Positions 15,301-28,800 of a DNA stretch of 64,000 nucleotides are shown here, piece by piece. A model generated the notes under the pieces. The model was given only the letters and a program-made list of their open reading frames with translations, ran no database searches and had not been told where the DNA came from. A program made the position numbers and the translations under genes. The stretch comes from the human T2T-CHM13v2.0 reference genome, Homo sapiens. The DNA is taken from the NCBI RefSeq assembly GCF_009914755.1, contig NC_060930.1, one strand, 5' to 3'. Positions within the stretch are counted from its first letter, which is position 1; the number at the start of each line of letters is the position of its first letter.

Positions 15301-16851
15301 GTTAGGGACTCTGCTTTCCAAATAATTAATTTGATAGATCCATGCTCTTGAAAAATTGGGTACATACTATTTTTAAACTTTATTTTTCAAACATGATATG
15401 TATTGTTTAAAGCATTAGCTTAAATGAAAAATAATATTTTACATTCGTAAAGTTCTGTTTATTTAATTCAGTAATGAAATTAATTCGGAGTTGTTGGCAT
15501 ACTGCCTTCACAGGTTTCTGTGACTCATTTGCTGAGAAAGTGTGATTCAAGAGACCAGAATCATTTTTTTCTCATTTGCTAAAACTCATGTTTTGACTAT
15601 GGGCAAATGTTCATGGCAGATTTAAAACAAATTTAAAGTAAATATTCTGTGATAATATTTGGAAGCTGAGTGATGTCTAGCCTTACATAACTAGGACAAA
15701 TATAAATCTGTGAGTTCACGGACTTTAAAAGTATCAACTATACATCATTTTAGAATACTGGTTTTGTTTTTCTCATATTCTTAGAGTTTAACTCTTATAC
15801 TACTAATTATGACCTCTAGAAGGTAATTGCATTTAGAAGCAAAATATCTGCTGTTTTATTAATTTAATAATTAAGGACTAAATGGTGTTCCAATTTAGGT
15901 TTAAAAGTAAGCGCATTCACACAGCATTTAAAACTATTTCTTAATGTTTTTTTCCTAGAGAAGAAATGATAGCTCCATGATCGCTATATGTTCTGTTCAA
16001 TACTCATTATATTTATAATTTATATTACATATATATTTATCCATTATATTTATAATTTAGTCCTGTCCAAATAAAATATATTCTCATAGTTAAGTGTGTT
16101 GTGGTAGTATAATGATTACATGAAATAACCTGGACCTTGCTGTTTGCAAAGTAATTTAAATGTTCATTTTCTGAGTTGCTACTTGGAAATTAAGTTGTGG
16201 AGTGATGTTTCTCATTGGTCCAAGGAGCAACATAAAATCCTGATTTATCAGATAATCCTATAGGAAACGTATGCCTGTTTTGACTTATGATATGTTTCTT
16301 AGTACAATGTCCTGCTTTTCTGGCTTTCCATTAAATGTTTAGAAAAATTAGTTAATAGTTTTGCAGGAAAAGAAAGGAAATTTATCAGTCTATACCAGCT
16401 ATATAAGAAGTAGGAACATATATAAAAGACCTATAATTTTCCGATCTCACTTTGAACTTTTCTTCACAGTTTTCCAACTCAAGATGGTATATAGTCTTGC
16501 ACAATGGGCTGTAGCCAACTTTCCGTCAGAAGAACTGAGTAAAAATTATTCCAAAATTGTTCTTAGAAATAAATCTGAGCCTGGAATTGTCTTGCATTAA
16601 AAAACAAAAAGCAAATGATTGCTTTAAAAGCACACCAAATGATATTGGATGGTCTTTATTCTTGACTCTGTTTTTTAAAGTGTGTATACGTTCATTACAT
16701 CCAGTTGTCTATTGGGCTTTTTTACTCTAACTTTTCGGAAGTTGACTGACAGGCCACTTTTCTATAGTGGGAAATAGGCGCCTTGTGTGCGCGGAGGGAT
16801 TTCCAGCCCCCCACTCCGGAACCAGCAATTAGCGTTTGGGCGTCCTGCACC

Positions 16852-16866
16852 CCACCAGGGGGCAGC
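16852..16866 (+). promoter_or_regulatory. Candidate CTCF binding site
   Basis: CCACCAGGGGGCAGC matches the CTCF core consensus and lies in a GC/CpG-rich patch (about 16777-16875) within an AT-rich intron. Confidence 0.7.
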
Positions 16867-19193
16867 ACCGGACACTGCCTTTCCTAGAGGCCTGAGTGCA
16901 TTTAAGGCTTTCTGGCAGTGCTCTCCACCCCTCTTCCTCATACAGCCCTTACGTATTTTTGGTATTTTCTTACACATTTTAGGCTTAGTAAGTGTTTAAT
17001 AAATGTTAGCTGTTTAGGCATTGTGCTATACGGATGCTACTTTTCAGGTTTGACCGTTCTGTGTACCTGAATTTTGTCTTTAATGATAATTTGTTCTATT
17101 ATTTAAAATACCTTGTGCGTATTATAAATATGGGATTCCTTTAACTTGTAAAATCTAGCAATTATTGAGCACTATGACATGTCAGGCATGAAACCAGGTA
17201 CTTTTTATATGCTACTGCAGAATCTAAGTAGACATAGAGGCAAGATAACAATAGAGTCATAAAACAATATGAAACTGCAATAATGGGGAATTGTAATACT
17301 TCTATTTTGATGTTGAATAAACAGTATAAACCTCGGGGAGGTTAAGTCACAATGGAACAAAGATCCCTTCAGATAGAATTCCAAATTCCGTGCTGTATCA
17401 ATTATATTATGAAACCTTGCCATAAAAAAAAAAAATTGTTGAGGATGAGCGAAGCCACGATGTGTAATGCCTGAGACAGAGGTTTCAGTGATGTAACTCC
17501 AGTGACACTGTGACAAGGAGAATTAGGGATTGACATACTTAAAACTTGAATGGAGAAATAGGGTTAGATATTGAGAGATCCCAAGGAAACCTGTGAAAAC
17601 CTTAATATATGTGTTTTTATGTACACGTAATATGTAACATATTACATTCATCAAAACATGGGAATAAATTGACGTACTCTTAATTTTTAAAAGCCCCATA
17701 AATATATTTTACTTAAAACCGTAATGGATCTTATTCTTTTAATTTGTGCTTGTCCTCTCTTACCTGCTAGAAAATTTAAAGGTTGTCTGTCCTTCCTAAT
17801 TTTAACAAGATACTTCATTTTCCAAAAATGAAACAAGACAAAAAGGTAAATTTGTTTTGTTTTGTTACAGAAAATAGTCAAATGAAGATATTTTGCCTGT
17901 GTCTGTGATTTTAATGATTTGGAATTGTTATTTCACATTGTTTGCTTTCTTTTCTGGCTATAATGTGCATAGCAATCCAGATGGCTAATATATAAACAAT
18001 TGGAGTTATGCTTATTGGAATCATTTAGTGTGGCTTAGGAGGTTCCCACTACCCAGGACCATCTGTTCATTGCTCTGTGTATTACCTTCATGATCAAGTT
18101 TGTGTTTTCAGCTCCTTCACATATCTTAGCCTACACCTTTCTTTATATGTGAAAGAGGCTTCTAAGACTGAACTTAACTCATATGGCCCTCAAGGCTATA
18201 TTGTCAAACCTTGATAATCCAAGCCTGCCTTCCACATTACCATTCTTCTTTATTCCTAATTCAATTTTTTCCCTTATCATTGCTATTCTCAATAGTAGGG
18301 TCTTAAAATTTGCAGAAGAGTGACTAAGAAAATGGGCTTTGTAGTCAGGTTCGAATCTTACTTGGCTGTGTATGTAGCGATTTGATCTTGGGCAACCTCC
18401 TTTATCTTGGTTTCCTCACCTGTGAAATGGAGTATAATACTGACTTCATGGATTTGTTAAAATGGTTAAATTAGATAAAATATAACTCATTTAGCCCATG
18501 CCTGGTTTATTATTAACATAATTTAGAATGAAAATTCTCCTGTTGCAAAAAGGCATATTCAGAAGTAAATTCAAATACTATATTCTAAAATTTCACAGCG
18601 TCTTTTGGAAGAAATAGCTACTTTTCTTTAAGCACCTGTCATATGTGCTTTCACATTGCCAACAGAATATAGGTAGGCGGTACTAAATTGTTGTTTTGGG
18701 GTTCATTTTCAGTCCTTCTTACTGGATCCTGGGTGCAACTTTAGACCCCAAGTAGCTAGAGAAAAGTTTCTCTAGGTGCCTGTCGTCTCTGGTTACATGT
18801 TACACTATAATCTGCTTTGGAGCCTCACAGCCACATATGTTATTGTTCCACGTGAACTGAGCCAGCTTACATACACAGCTCTGTGGGGAGAAAGACCATA
18901 AACGAACACTCCCCGTTTCTAGCCCATATTCTGCATAATACATGTAAGTCTCTCAACAGCCCTGTAGGCTATGCCATTACTTAATTCCCAGTTTATGTGG
19001 CTTACTTTTTCTGAATGAAAAGTCATCAAATATGGTTTTTAAGTTATGGAACAGAAGAATATGATTAATCTGAATTGTCATGAAAATTCAGGGCACATGG
19101 TTGCTATGGTTATGGCATCATGTATTTATAATGGAGAGATACTTTGTCTTCATTAATCTACAAACTTGCCAGTGGGATTCGGTATTTTTTTCT

Positions 19194-19250
19194 GTGTGTG
19201 TGTGTGTGTTTGTGTGTGTGTGTACATACGTACGTACGTACATGTATACA
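19194..19250. repeat. (TG)n microsatellite followed by (TACG)3
   Basis: Read directly from sequence. Confidence 0.9.
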
Positions 19251-20856
19251 GCTTCTGCATGAAAACACTGAGGCTGAACAAGGTGTTCTGTTTTGGTGGT
19301 AGTGCAGAGAAACATACTCACACATAAATTATTTATATGTGAACCAATTCAGTGAGAAGTAAGTACAGCTGCTTAATTGACCTAAGGGTCTTATTTCCAG
19401 CTGCTTAAAAATAAGTGTAAAGTGAAGTTCATGGAAGAAATAACTTAAGGCTCTTTAATATACTTTTGTTGGTGAAGAGAATTTCAAGCTGTTTCAGTCA
19501 GTTAGCATATATTCTTTAAAAAACTGATATCCTATTCGTAGTCTTCTCTTATATATCCTTGAATTATCTTCCATGATTTTTATATTTTATATACTTATAA
19601 TAGCATATTATAACAACTTAATGCTACATAATTTACAATAATCGTTTCCAAATTAAGGAAGCCCTATGTGTAAAATCACAAATTTATGTAACATAACACA
19701 GGAACTTTTATTCATATAAGAAAATCATTATTCACTTTACTGTTTTCCTTTATTTCAGCATCATTTATTACAAAATTAATACTGTTTTCAAAAAACCAAA
19801 ACAATATATTATAAAGCACAACGTGGAGTCTTCTCTCACCTCCTTGTCATTCCCAGCCTCAAAGGGTAACCACTGTTTACAGTTCAAGTGTGTCTTCACA
19901 GCAGATGTTTTTCTATGCTCGTGCAGACGTATAGATGTATTCCTGGAAAGAGTGATGCTTGCATTCTTGAGGAGTTAGGAGCATTGCTATTTGAAAAAAT
20001 AAAAATCCAGTTTGATGATGTTAGTCATTATGCTGAAAGGAGTGATTTTAACAAATACCAACAGATCTTCTTGTGGTAGGCCAGCTTTCCAAGTTACTGG
20101 TTCAAGAGAACAGTCATTTTATAACAGGTATAAAATCAAAGACGTTTAGTAAAATATTTTGCCCTTAATTTTCCATGGATAGCTTGTTTATGAAGAGTTC
20201 AGTATTCAGGGAAGATGGAAAAACAGCCCTGTGTCAGCTAAAGTAATAAAACCGACTTAATCCCAAATTGACAATTTAAAGCCCTTTAAAATTACTTGTT
20301 GCAAACAAGAAACAATCCACCCAGTCTGTCATCTCTTTTCAGCTTATTAGTAGTAGAATCTCTTAGGTGGCTCTTTAAACCGTGTGTATTAAAAGTCCTA
20401 AAGTTGTTCGTGGAGATTTCCAGTTGCTAGGGAATACCAACACTTATTTGGTGTTTGATATTGTAAATCATGATAGTTATTGGGGCCAAAGGGAGGTCTG
20501 TAAATGTCCAGTAGGTTCTCTTTGGAGCTAATTTGTGCTGTTTGCATTTTCTTTCTGCCCCAATACACTTGTCACTGGAAGAAATCACACAGGGGGTAGG
20601 GATAAAGCATGAGGTATCATGATTCCTTCATGTAAAAATTTTGCTCAAATTAAAATGTGAACATAGTATAATATGTAAAAAAAACTGGACCTCCTTAAAT
20701 CCTTTATAAAGCAAGGCAATGTGTAAACATATGAATAAATACCAAGGTTTTATTTTAAGTAATAGCTGTGAATGTTAAAAGTAATATTATTTTCCTTAGA
20801 ATAGTTTAATCACATATCCCTTTTAAATTTTTTAAGCCTTTAAACGTATTATTTTC

Positions 20857-21213
20857 AGTCTGGGCTTGGGGGCTCACACCTGTAATCCTAGCAGTTTGGG
20901 AGGCTGAGGCTAGGGGATCACTTGAGCCCAGGAGTTTGAGACCAGCCTGGGCAACATAAGAAGACCTCATTTCTGAAAAAAAAAAAAAAAAAAAAAAAAA
21001 AAAGGAAGAAAGGGGAAGGAAGGGAAGGAAAGGGAAGAAAAAAACGAAAAGAAAAGGAACAAAGGAAGGCGTCGGTGATGTGCACAAGTGGTCACAGCTA
21101 CTTGGTAGTCTGAGGTGGGATTGCTTGAGTCTGGAAGATCGAGGTTGCAGTGAGCCGTGTTTGCACCACTGCACTTCAGCCTGGGCGAGAGAGTGAGACC
21201 CTATTTCAAAATA
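20857..21213 (+). mobile_element. AluJ-like element with an expanded A/GA-rich middle linker
   Basis: Left arm about 20857-20975 (gatcacttgagcccaggagtttgagacc), about 90 nt of poly(A)/GGAA, then a diverged right arm. Confidence 0.88.
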
Positions 21214-22070
21214 AATTCAAATTTGAATATTTTACTTGAGTAACATTTTTTTTCTCCTGAAAATAATTTTCTACAGTGTTCTACTGTGGTTGAGGTTTTC
21301 ATGTTTAAACCAGATCTCTAGCCTCATGGGACTCATAGTCTCTCATGGAAGACAGATAATTGGGCAACTACAATGGATTATGCCGAGTTCGGTGCTTTGG
21401 GAGCTCAGAGCACAAGCCCCTTCCTCATCTGCCCTGTAGGGCTGGGGAGGTGCTGTCAAGGAAGGCTTCCCAGCGGGAGTGAGTCCTCAGGTAATAACCT
21501 GGGATTTGTACACACATCAGTCAGGCAAAGAGCTGTGGACTTGGGGTGTGAGTGGCCAGAGACCCAGCATTATCTGCAAAAGCCAGACTATGAGAGAGAT
21601 GAGAACACAGTTAAGTAACTGATAGAAGTTCAGTCTGGCTGGGGCATGGAGGAATTACAAACATTTATTATGAAAGTAATACATGTGCATTGTATAAAAT
21701 GTGAGAAAAACAGAAAATGAGAAGGTATATATTATTGCCAGTTTCATGCTGCAGAGTTAACTACTGTGAACATTTGTTGCATTTTTATAATTCTTTCCAT
21801 TTATATTCATAGAACAGCGTATTTGATATTATCCCAGTTTGGCTTAGACAATAGATATATATACAGGTATAAAATGCATATGCATACATGAAAACACATA
21901 ATAAAACTGGGATCATGCTAACATGCTGTTACCTGCTTTTTTCATATTACAGTATACTTAAATATTTTTAATGTCCTTAGATGCAATTGTATTTTTAGTA
22001 AGTGAAATATTTTAAGTTGCACTATTTCATTTCTGTGAGTAAAAAAAATTCTTGAAGTTAAGCATCCTGA

Positions 22071-22223
<153 letters not shown>

Positions 22224-22418
22224 CCATATAGGTAGGTATGCATCTTGAGAAAGCTACTATGTGCCCCTGACATTAACGTACTGTTAACCAAGACACAGCA
22301 ATCATCAGTGTTTTGATGGTAACAAACTTTGATGGTAAAGTTGATAAAAGGCAACTTTCAGAAGAAAATAATGTGCTTTAGAAAAAAAATTCAAATTTAT
22401 AGTAGTATATTTACATTT

Positions 22419-23058
<640 letters not shown>

Positions 23059-24388
23059 TGTATATGTGATTTCTAAAAAATAGATGCATGCATATGTTAA
23101 CATTGAATAGTCAATCACTAGATGAAGATGCTCTCTACCATGGTTTAGATTGCAAGTGTACTTTATACCATTGTTTCAACTTCAACCTTTATTTTTGTAT
23201 ATATTTTTTCAACTACTTAAACTGTTCATGAATAGGCGTACTTTCTGTATTTAAAAATGGCCCCTCAAGCACCGTTAATTTACATTCCAGTTATTTACAT
23301 GATAATTCATGACATTCTGAAACTTGCCTGTATATTATCTGAAAAATGGATTTCTTGAGGAAAAGATCTGTTTATTGTATGTAAGGAAAAATTTTACCTG
23401 AAAACAAACAAACAAACCCTAAAACTCAGCACCACTACCATTTCCAGAAGCTTTTTTAGCAAGTGAATATTTTTTACATAATGGATAATAAATGGTATTT
23501 ATTCATCATGATTTTCTAAGTAATGCTTATCAGCCCCTTCAGTGGTGTTATTCTAACAAAATGAATACATTACAAATTATTAAGTTAGCTTTTCAGAGTT
23601 TTAATATAGAAGTTACTAGCACTGACACACTGATTTTGAAATGTTTCAAAATGAGTAGATACGATTAGATCCTTTACCTTTTAATATCTAGTTTTTCCAA
23701 AAATGATAGTAATATCTTTTGAAGAACTATGCTTTTTCAAAAGCAAAATCAACTCTGTATAATAGCACATTCTCTACTTTTTAAAGATCAGAAATGCTAG
23801 AATTCTTGACTTTTGTGTATGGGTAGTAAATCTAGCTCACTGAAAATCAGAGTGAAACGCCTTTACATTTGTGCGGATAGAGAAGTTAACTCTCCCTCAT
23901 ATGTCACTGTGCTACCATAATCCCTACATTTTCTGTCTGTTCTAGTCTAAGAATATTGTTATAGATGGAAGTTAGGACCATTAGCCCACAGATGCGTGTA
24001 TTCTCTCAGACATACCGGTGTAGATGCCATATTTCTGATGTCTTCTTAATGTCTGTGAAAGCAACTGGCATCTACAATAAATCACACTTAGAACTGGTTA
24101 GAGGACTCCCTCACTTTTGTTGTCCATGTGGTTCCCTTCCGTGGACCAGCCGTAATAAAGAGCCAAGGTAGTGATGGTGGCCACGTGCCTCGTTGCTATT
24201 TTTAAAGTAATATTCAGATGTGGTTTTAAATTTAGATTATGTATTCCTTTTGAAACATAAGAAAAACATTTAAACCTATGCTGAAAATACGATAAAAGAA
24301 AAACAACTCCAATATGCTAAAAGTTAAATATGGTATTTAAGAAAATAGTCATGTATGCAATTGAGAAAGTCTATAATTTATTTTACAG

Positions 24389-24685
24389 AAAAGCTGGAAG
24401 ATTATGACTAGATATGGAAATATTTTTTCTGAATTTTTTTTTATATTTCCTCCGACTTACCTCTTTTTGAAAAGAGAGTTTTTATTAAATGAACCATCAT
24501 GATATTGGCTGAAAAGTTCTACATTCTATTATTGTATTGTAACACACATGTATTGATGATTTTCATTAAGAGTTTCAGATTAACTTTGAAAAATATTCCA
24601 CATGGTAATCTTATAAATTCTGTTTAATTACATCTGTAAATATTATGTGTGTGATAGTATTCAATAAAGTAAAATCAAATTGTCT
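24389..24685 (+). other. BCKDHB: Terminal non-coding exon of BCKDHB (3' end approximate)
   Basis: Begins after the acceptor at 24388 and runs to about 15-20 nt past AATAAA at 24663-24668. Confidence 0.8.
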
Positions 24686-24716
24686 TTGGGTTGTATGTGT
24701 TCTTTTTTTTTCCTTT
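24663..24716 (+). terminator. Poly(A) signal AATAAA with downstream GU/U-rich element
   Basis: AATAAA at 24663-24668, followed by tgtctttgggttgtatgtgttcttttttttt. Confidence 0.85.
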
Positions 24717-25559
24717 AGTAAAAAGTTTTTGTTTCAGAGTAATAGCTTGTGAATTGGTTAATTAAATCTGAATTAAAGTACAGTATTCACTATAGAAATG
24801 GTGACTTCTCAACTTTATTGTATTTGGTTCAGTTCTTTATGACCAGGATGGTTATATGTTGACAGAACTTCTAGAATGTTTCCCCTCATTCTTCCCTCTT
24901 GCCTGAACAAGGTGTCGTAATGAATGTACTCACCTCCCCAGTGTGTGGTGGGTGGTGAGGCAGAATTTTTCCTACTGCCTCTCTTCCGTGAGATGGACAG
25001 CCTAAGCCTGTCCATTACAAAACTGCCAAGTTTTAGCTGTAGCTGTAGTGTTTGTCGTGATGTTGCAAAGCAATTTTTGCCCATGTTCTTTATATTATTA
25101 CTTGGATAAAAAGAAAAAACAACAGTAGCAACAACAGATGACTCTGACAGGAGGAAACCTCCTTATTGGGGACATTGTCCAGTCCTCTTGTTTCTTACTC
25201 TGCCTCTTCTGCCCTTCACCACATTTTAGACAAGCCTTAGCCTTTCTAAATAACGAATCCTCCAGCAGAACCCCTCATCCCTGACACACCTCCCCTCCCA
25301 TAGTTCCAGAAGATTTCCTCTCATGGGTTCTAGGAAAAAGGTCTCTACCCCCATAAAGCAAAGAATGAGGGTTGTCATGTTTTCCTTTCTCTAGAAACAC
25401 TGGAAAAAAGCAAAAAGAAAAAAAAAAAGAACACTTTTCTATAACTACAATTGTATGTGTCCCTTTAAAACTGTAATTTCACAAGTTGTGTCCTATCTAT
25501 TTTTACCAGCAATTTGAAGGAGGATACAGAAGGTCACTTCTGTAGATTACCAGAAACTT

Positions 25560-25900
25560 GGAGGCAAAGTAAAGGCACTTGATCACAGAGTCTGAATAGC
25601 TATGATCTGAAATAATGAACCCAATCATTTGTAAAAATAAAACCCTGTCCTTGGATTAAAAATAGAAAAACTTGTACAGCATAGGAAGGGAAAAGATGTA
25701 GTTTGTCAGCAACAAGTTTGGAAAAGATTTAGGGAGTTCAGTTGGCTTACCATACAGAACATTCTGAGTTTAAGATGCCAAAACTCAGTATGGACTTTGG
25801 CTTTGGTCTTTGTTCTCCACTAATGGCTCAAAGCATCCTACAGGGAACTCTGCACTGACATGGTCAGTCCAGCAGAACAGGACATGTGCGGTGGTCTGCC
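25560..25900 (+). mobile_element. Highly diverged CR1/L3 LINE fragment
   Basis: Similarity to recalled L3 (aaacttgtacagcataggaaggg...gaaaagatttagggagttcagttg). Confidence 0.4.
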
Positions 25901-27879
25901 ACCTTGGCCTACAGTGGGTTGTAGTTAAACATACTGATTTTAGTGGAATTAATTTGTTATGGCTGTTGTATCTTTCTAATGCTATATTTTCTATTCATTT
26001 GGTATTTTAAGGATTTTCTCTTAGCTATTTTAATTTTACTGTCTTTAACTCTATTTTTGAAATAGCAAGTGTGAGAATAACTCTGAGGATGATCTATGTA
26101 CTAAATGCCTGTATTTGAAAGCCTCTTTTCACCTCTAGTTAGCCCTGCAGTCCCCACAAGTAAACACTCCCTTTTCTTCCAATAAACCTTTACAGTTAAC
26201 ACTAAACTCAATCTATGGCATAAGACATACATACACATTTAATTTATTGCCAAAATACATTTTTGCATGAAAGAAAGAGTCCATATTATGAAAATAAGAA
26301 AATAGTGGCAAGAAGGCACTTGAGAGATTTTAAATGAATGCCAGGTCCAAAATCCTCCACTGCTCCCAGCCTCACATAATAATGTCTGCTTCTTGTGACA
26401 ACATGGATCTATAAACTAATTTAATTTCTGTGGTTTAATGTGTCTGATTCTTTCAGGAAAAAATATAATAACTGCATTCTATGCAACTAATGGAATAGCT
26501 AACTAAAAGACCTGTGTACATTTTAAAAAAAAATGAATAAGATTCAGAACTTCTAGAATGTTTTCCCTCATTCTTCCCTCTTGCCTGAACAAGGTGTTAT
26601 ATAGCTAACTAAAAGTTCTGTGTATATTTAAAAAAAAATGAGGAACAAGATTCAGAAAATTATCTCAATTCCTTAGGTTTAAATCTCATCATCTAAAAAT
26701 TCTTGGTCAAAATGTTTAGAAGACCCACTTAGAAGGTCCACATTTGGTTTCATGTAATCCCTTTCTCATCAGCTTGCCTAGAGTGGATACATGTGGTTTC
26801 TGGCTGCCTAGCATCCCGGCCTCCAACTTCTAGAAACAGCACTGCTGTTTGTTTAGAGAACTCCCTCTCCCCACCACATGTGGTTCTGGAGAGGCTGCCA
26901 ATCCCAACACTGTGCAGTGTTAGCCACAGAGATGGCCCTGATCCAGACCCAGCCAGGTACCTCAGAATAGAAAGTGAGGATACCCATGCAGAAACAAAAA
27001 GTATTAGACTCAGCCTTGTCGATGACACTGCAGTCTAAAAGACTGTGTCTCAAATTTTCACCTGCTCCAAGTACACCTGAATCTACAACTGATAGCTGCT
27101 AACCAGCTAGGCACACAGACTATGTTACTTTTAGCAGAAATCTTTGGCCTGATGGATGAGGAACATGACCCCAAAAAAGTCACATTGGAACCTCCAGGGC
27201 AACATGAGATTTAGAGATCCTGATATACTTTAAACTTGGGCCATCAGGTTTGGAAAGCAATAGAAAATATTCATATATGGTTAAAGATTTAGAAACCCTG
27301 GCACCTCTCTGAATATACTAATTAGAGATATTTACCAGAAAAGTTGGAAATAAAACAGTAACAAGAATGAGGACATCATAACTGGAAGGACTGGAACTGA
27401 AAATAGAAACAAGTAAAAAGGTGTATATCTAAATAATTGTCTTAAATACACTTTTATGTGAAGTGATGGCTCCATATTGCAAAAATAAGAAAATAGTGAT
27501 GATCATAAATATGACTTAAGTTGACAAAGACTGGAGTAGTAGATTTGCCAAAAGGAGTTCAAAACTTCTAAACTCTTCATCTTTAGGAAAGAAGAGTGTA
27601 ACTGCATTATTCTGCTGTTAACCTTGAAAGTTTAATAATGGCTTTTAAATGCTTCAAAAACTTAACCACTAATAGAACTAAAAGCAGCATATGTGTCTTC
27701 CACATCATTGCACAAATGGTCTATACTAATTACACAAACATTTAGTGAGTGCCTGTTGCGGGCCGGGCACCGGGCTAGATTCTTAGGTACAAAGTTAACT
27801 AAGAAATAGCCCCTGCAACACAAATGAGGGGTGGGTAGTGGGGGGACAGCAAGGAAAGAAAAATAGGATAAAGCAAAGT

Positions 27880-28800
27880 CAAACATAAGACATAAATGTA
27901 ATCAGGTGAATTCCCTAATTAATAAGAAAGAACTTAGATTGGGTTAAAAAACAAAATCCAATTAAAAGCTGTTCACCAGGAAGTCTTGAAATAAATTGAC
28001 CTAGAAAGGTGAAAATTTGAAAATGGAAAAATATGTTAGGCAAAAATGAAAATGAAAACAAATATGGCATAATTCATATCAGACAAAATAGAAGAAAATA
28101 TGCATTCGAAATTGACAAAAGGAATACATCATAGTGAAGGAAAGTATGACAGTTAAATCCTTTATGTTACAAATGTGTAGTATTAAAATACAAGTGAAAA
28201 CTTTACAGTTACAAAAGATATGGAGAGAACAGTTGTAGAAGATGACTTTATCACTTTACTTGCAATTTGATAGATGAAGTAGACTAGAGTAAAAGAATAT
28301 AGGATATTTTGGTTATATACATAGTAGAATAGAATCAATAGAAATATGTTTTAAACTTTTTTATTTCCACAAACAGAAACTATATCACCTTTTAAAGTAT
28401 ACATAAGTAGTTAAAACTACTGATCATGAATAAAGAAAAATAACAGTAAATTTCCCAAGGAAAAGAATATTGTAAAAGCACCATGTTTTCTGACCACATC
28501 CTAGATCAATAGTAAATATTCGAACTACATGGAAATAAAAAAGTACCCCACTTAGAAACTGTGGAGCCAAGAAGGAAATGTAAAAGCAATGACAAAATAT
28601 TTAGAATATGAGATCACTGATGTGCTTCAGCTAAGATTCTACTCAGAGGTAAATTCACAGACATTAAATATTTTAAAGAAGAAAACCGAAGATATAAGAA
28701 TGCGAGAACAAAGAAGGAAAAAGTGCAAGAAAAACGAAAAATAAAAGTAGTAAGTTCCAAATGAGAAAAAACTAAAATTGAAGTTTTTTAAAATAAAAAT
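27880..28800 (+). mobile_element. Old L1M ORF2 (endonuclease region) remnant
   Basis: A-rich; ttagattgggttaaaaaacaaaatccaa, catatcagacaaaatagaa and ttttctgaccac resemble L1 EN-coding DNA. Confidence 0.55.

Noticed and set aside
17627-18775. Short near-perfect palindromes (17627-17645, 18756-18775; also 10492-10509)
   Set aside because: Stems of 7-9 bp are expected by chance in 64 kb of AT-rich DNA and are too short for a pre-miRNA.
19888-20079. Protein-like 63-aa ORF in the intron
   Set aside because: Non-ATG start, no recognisable homology and no convincing splice sites.
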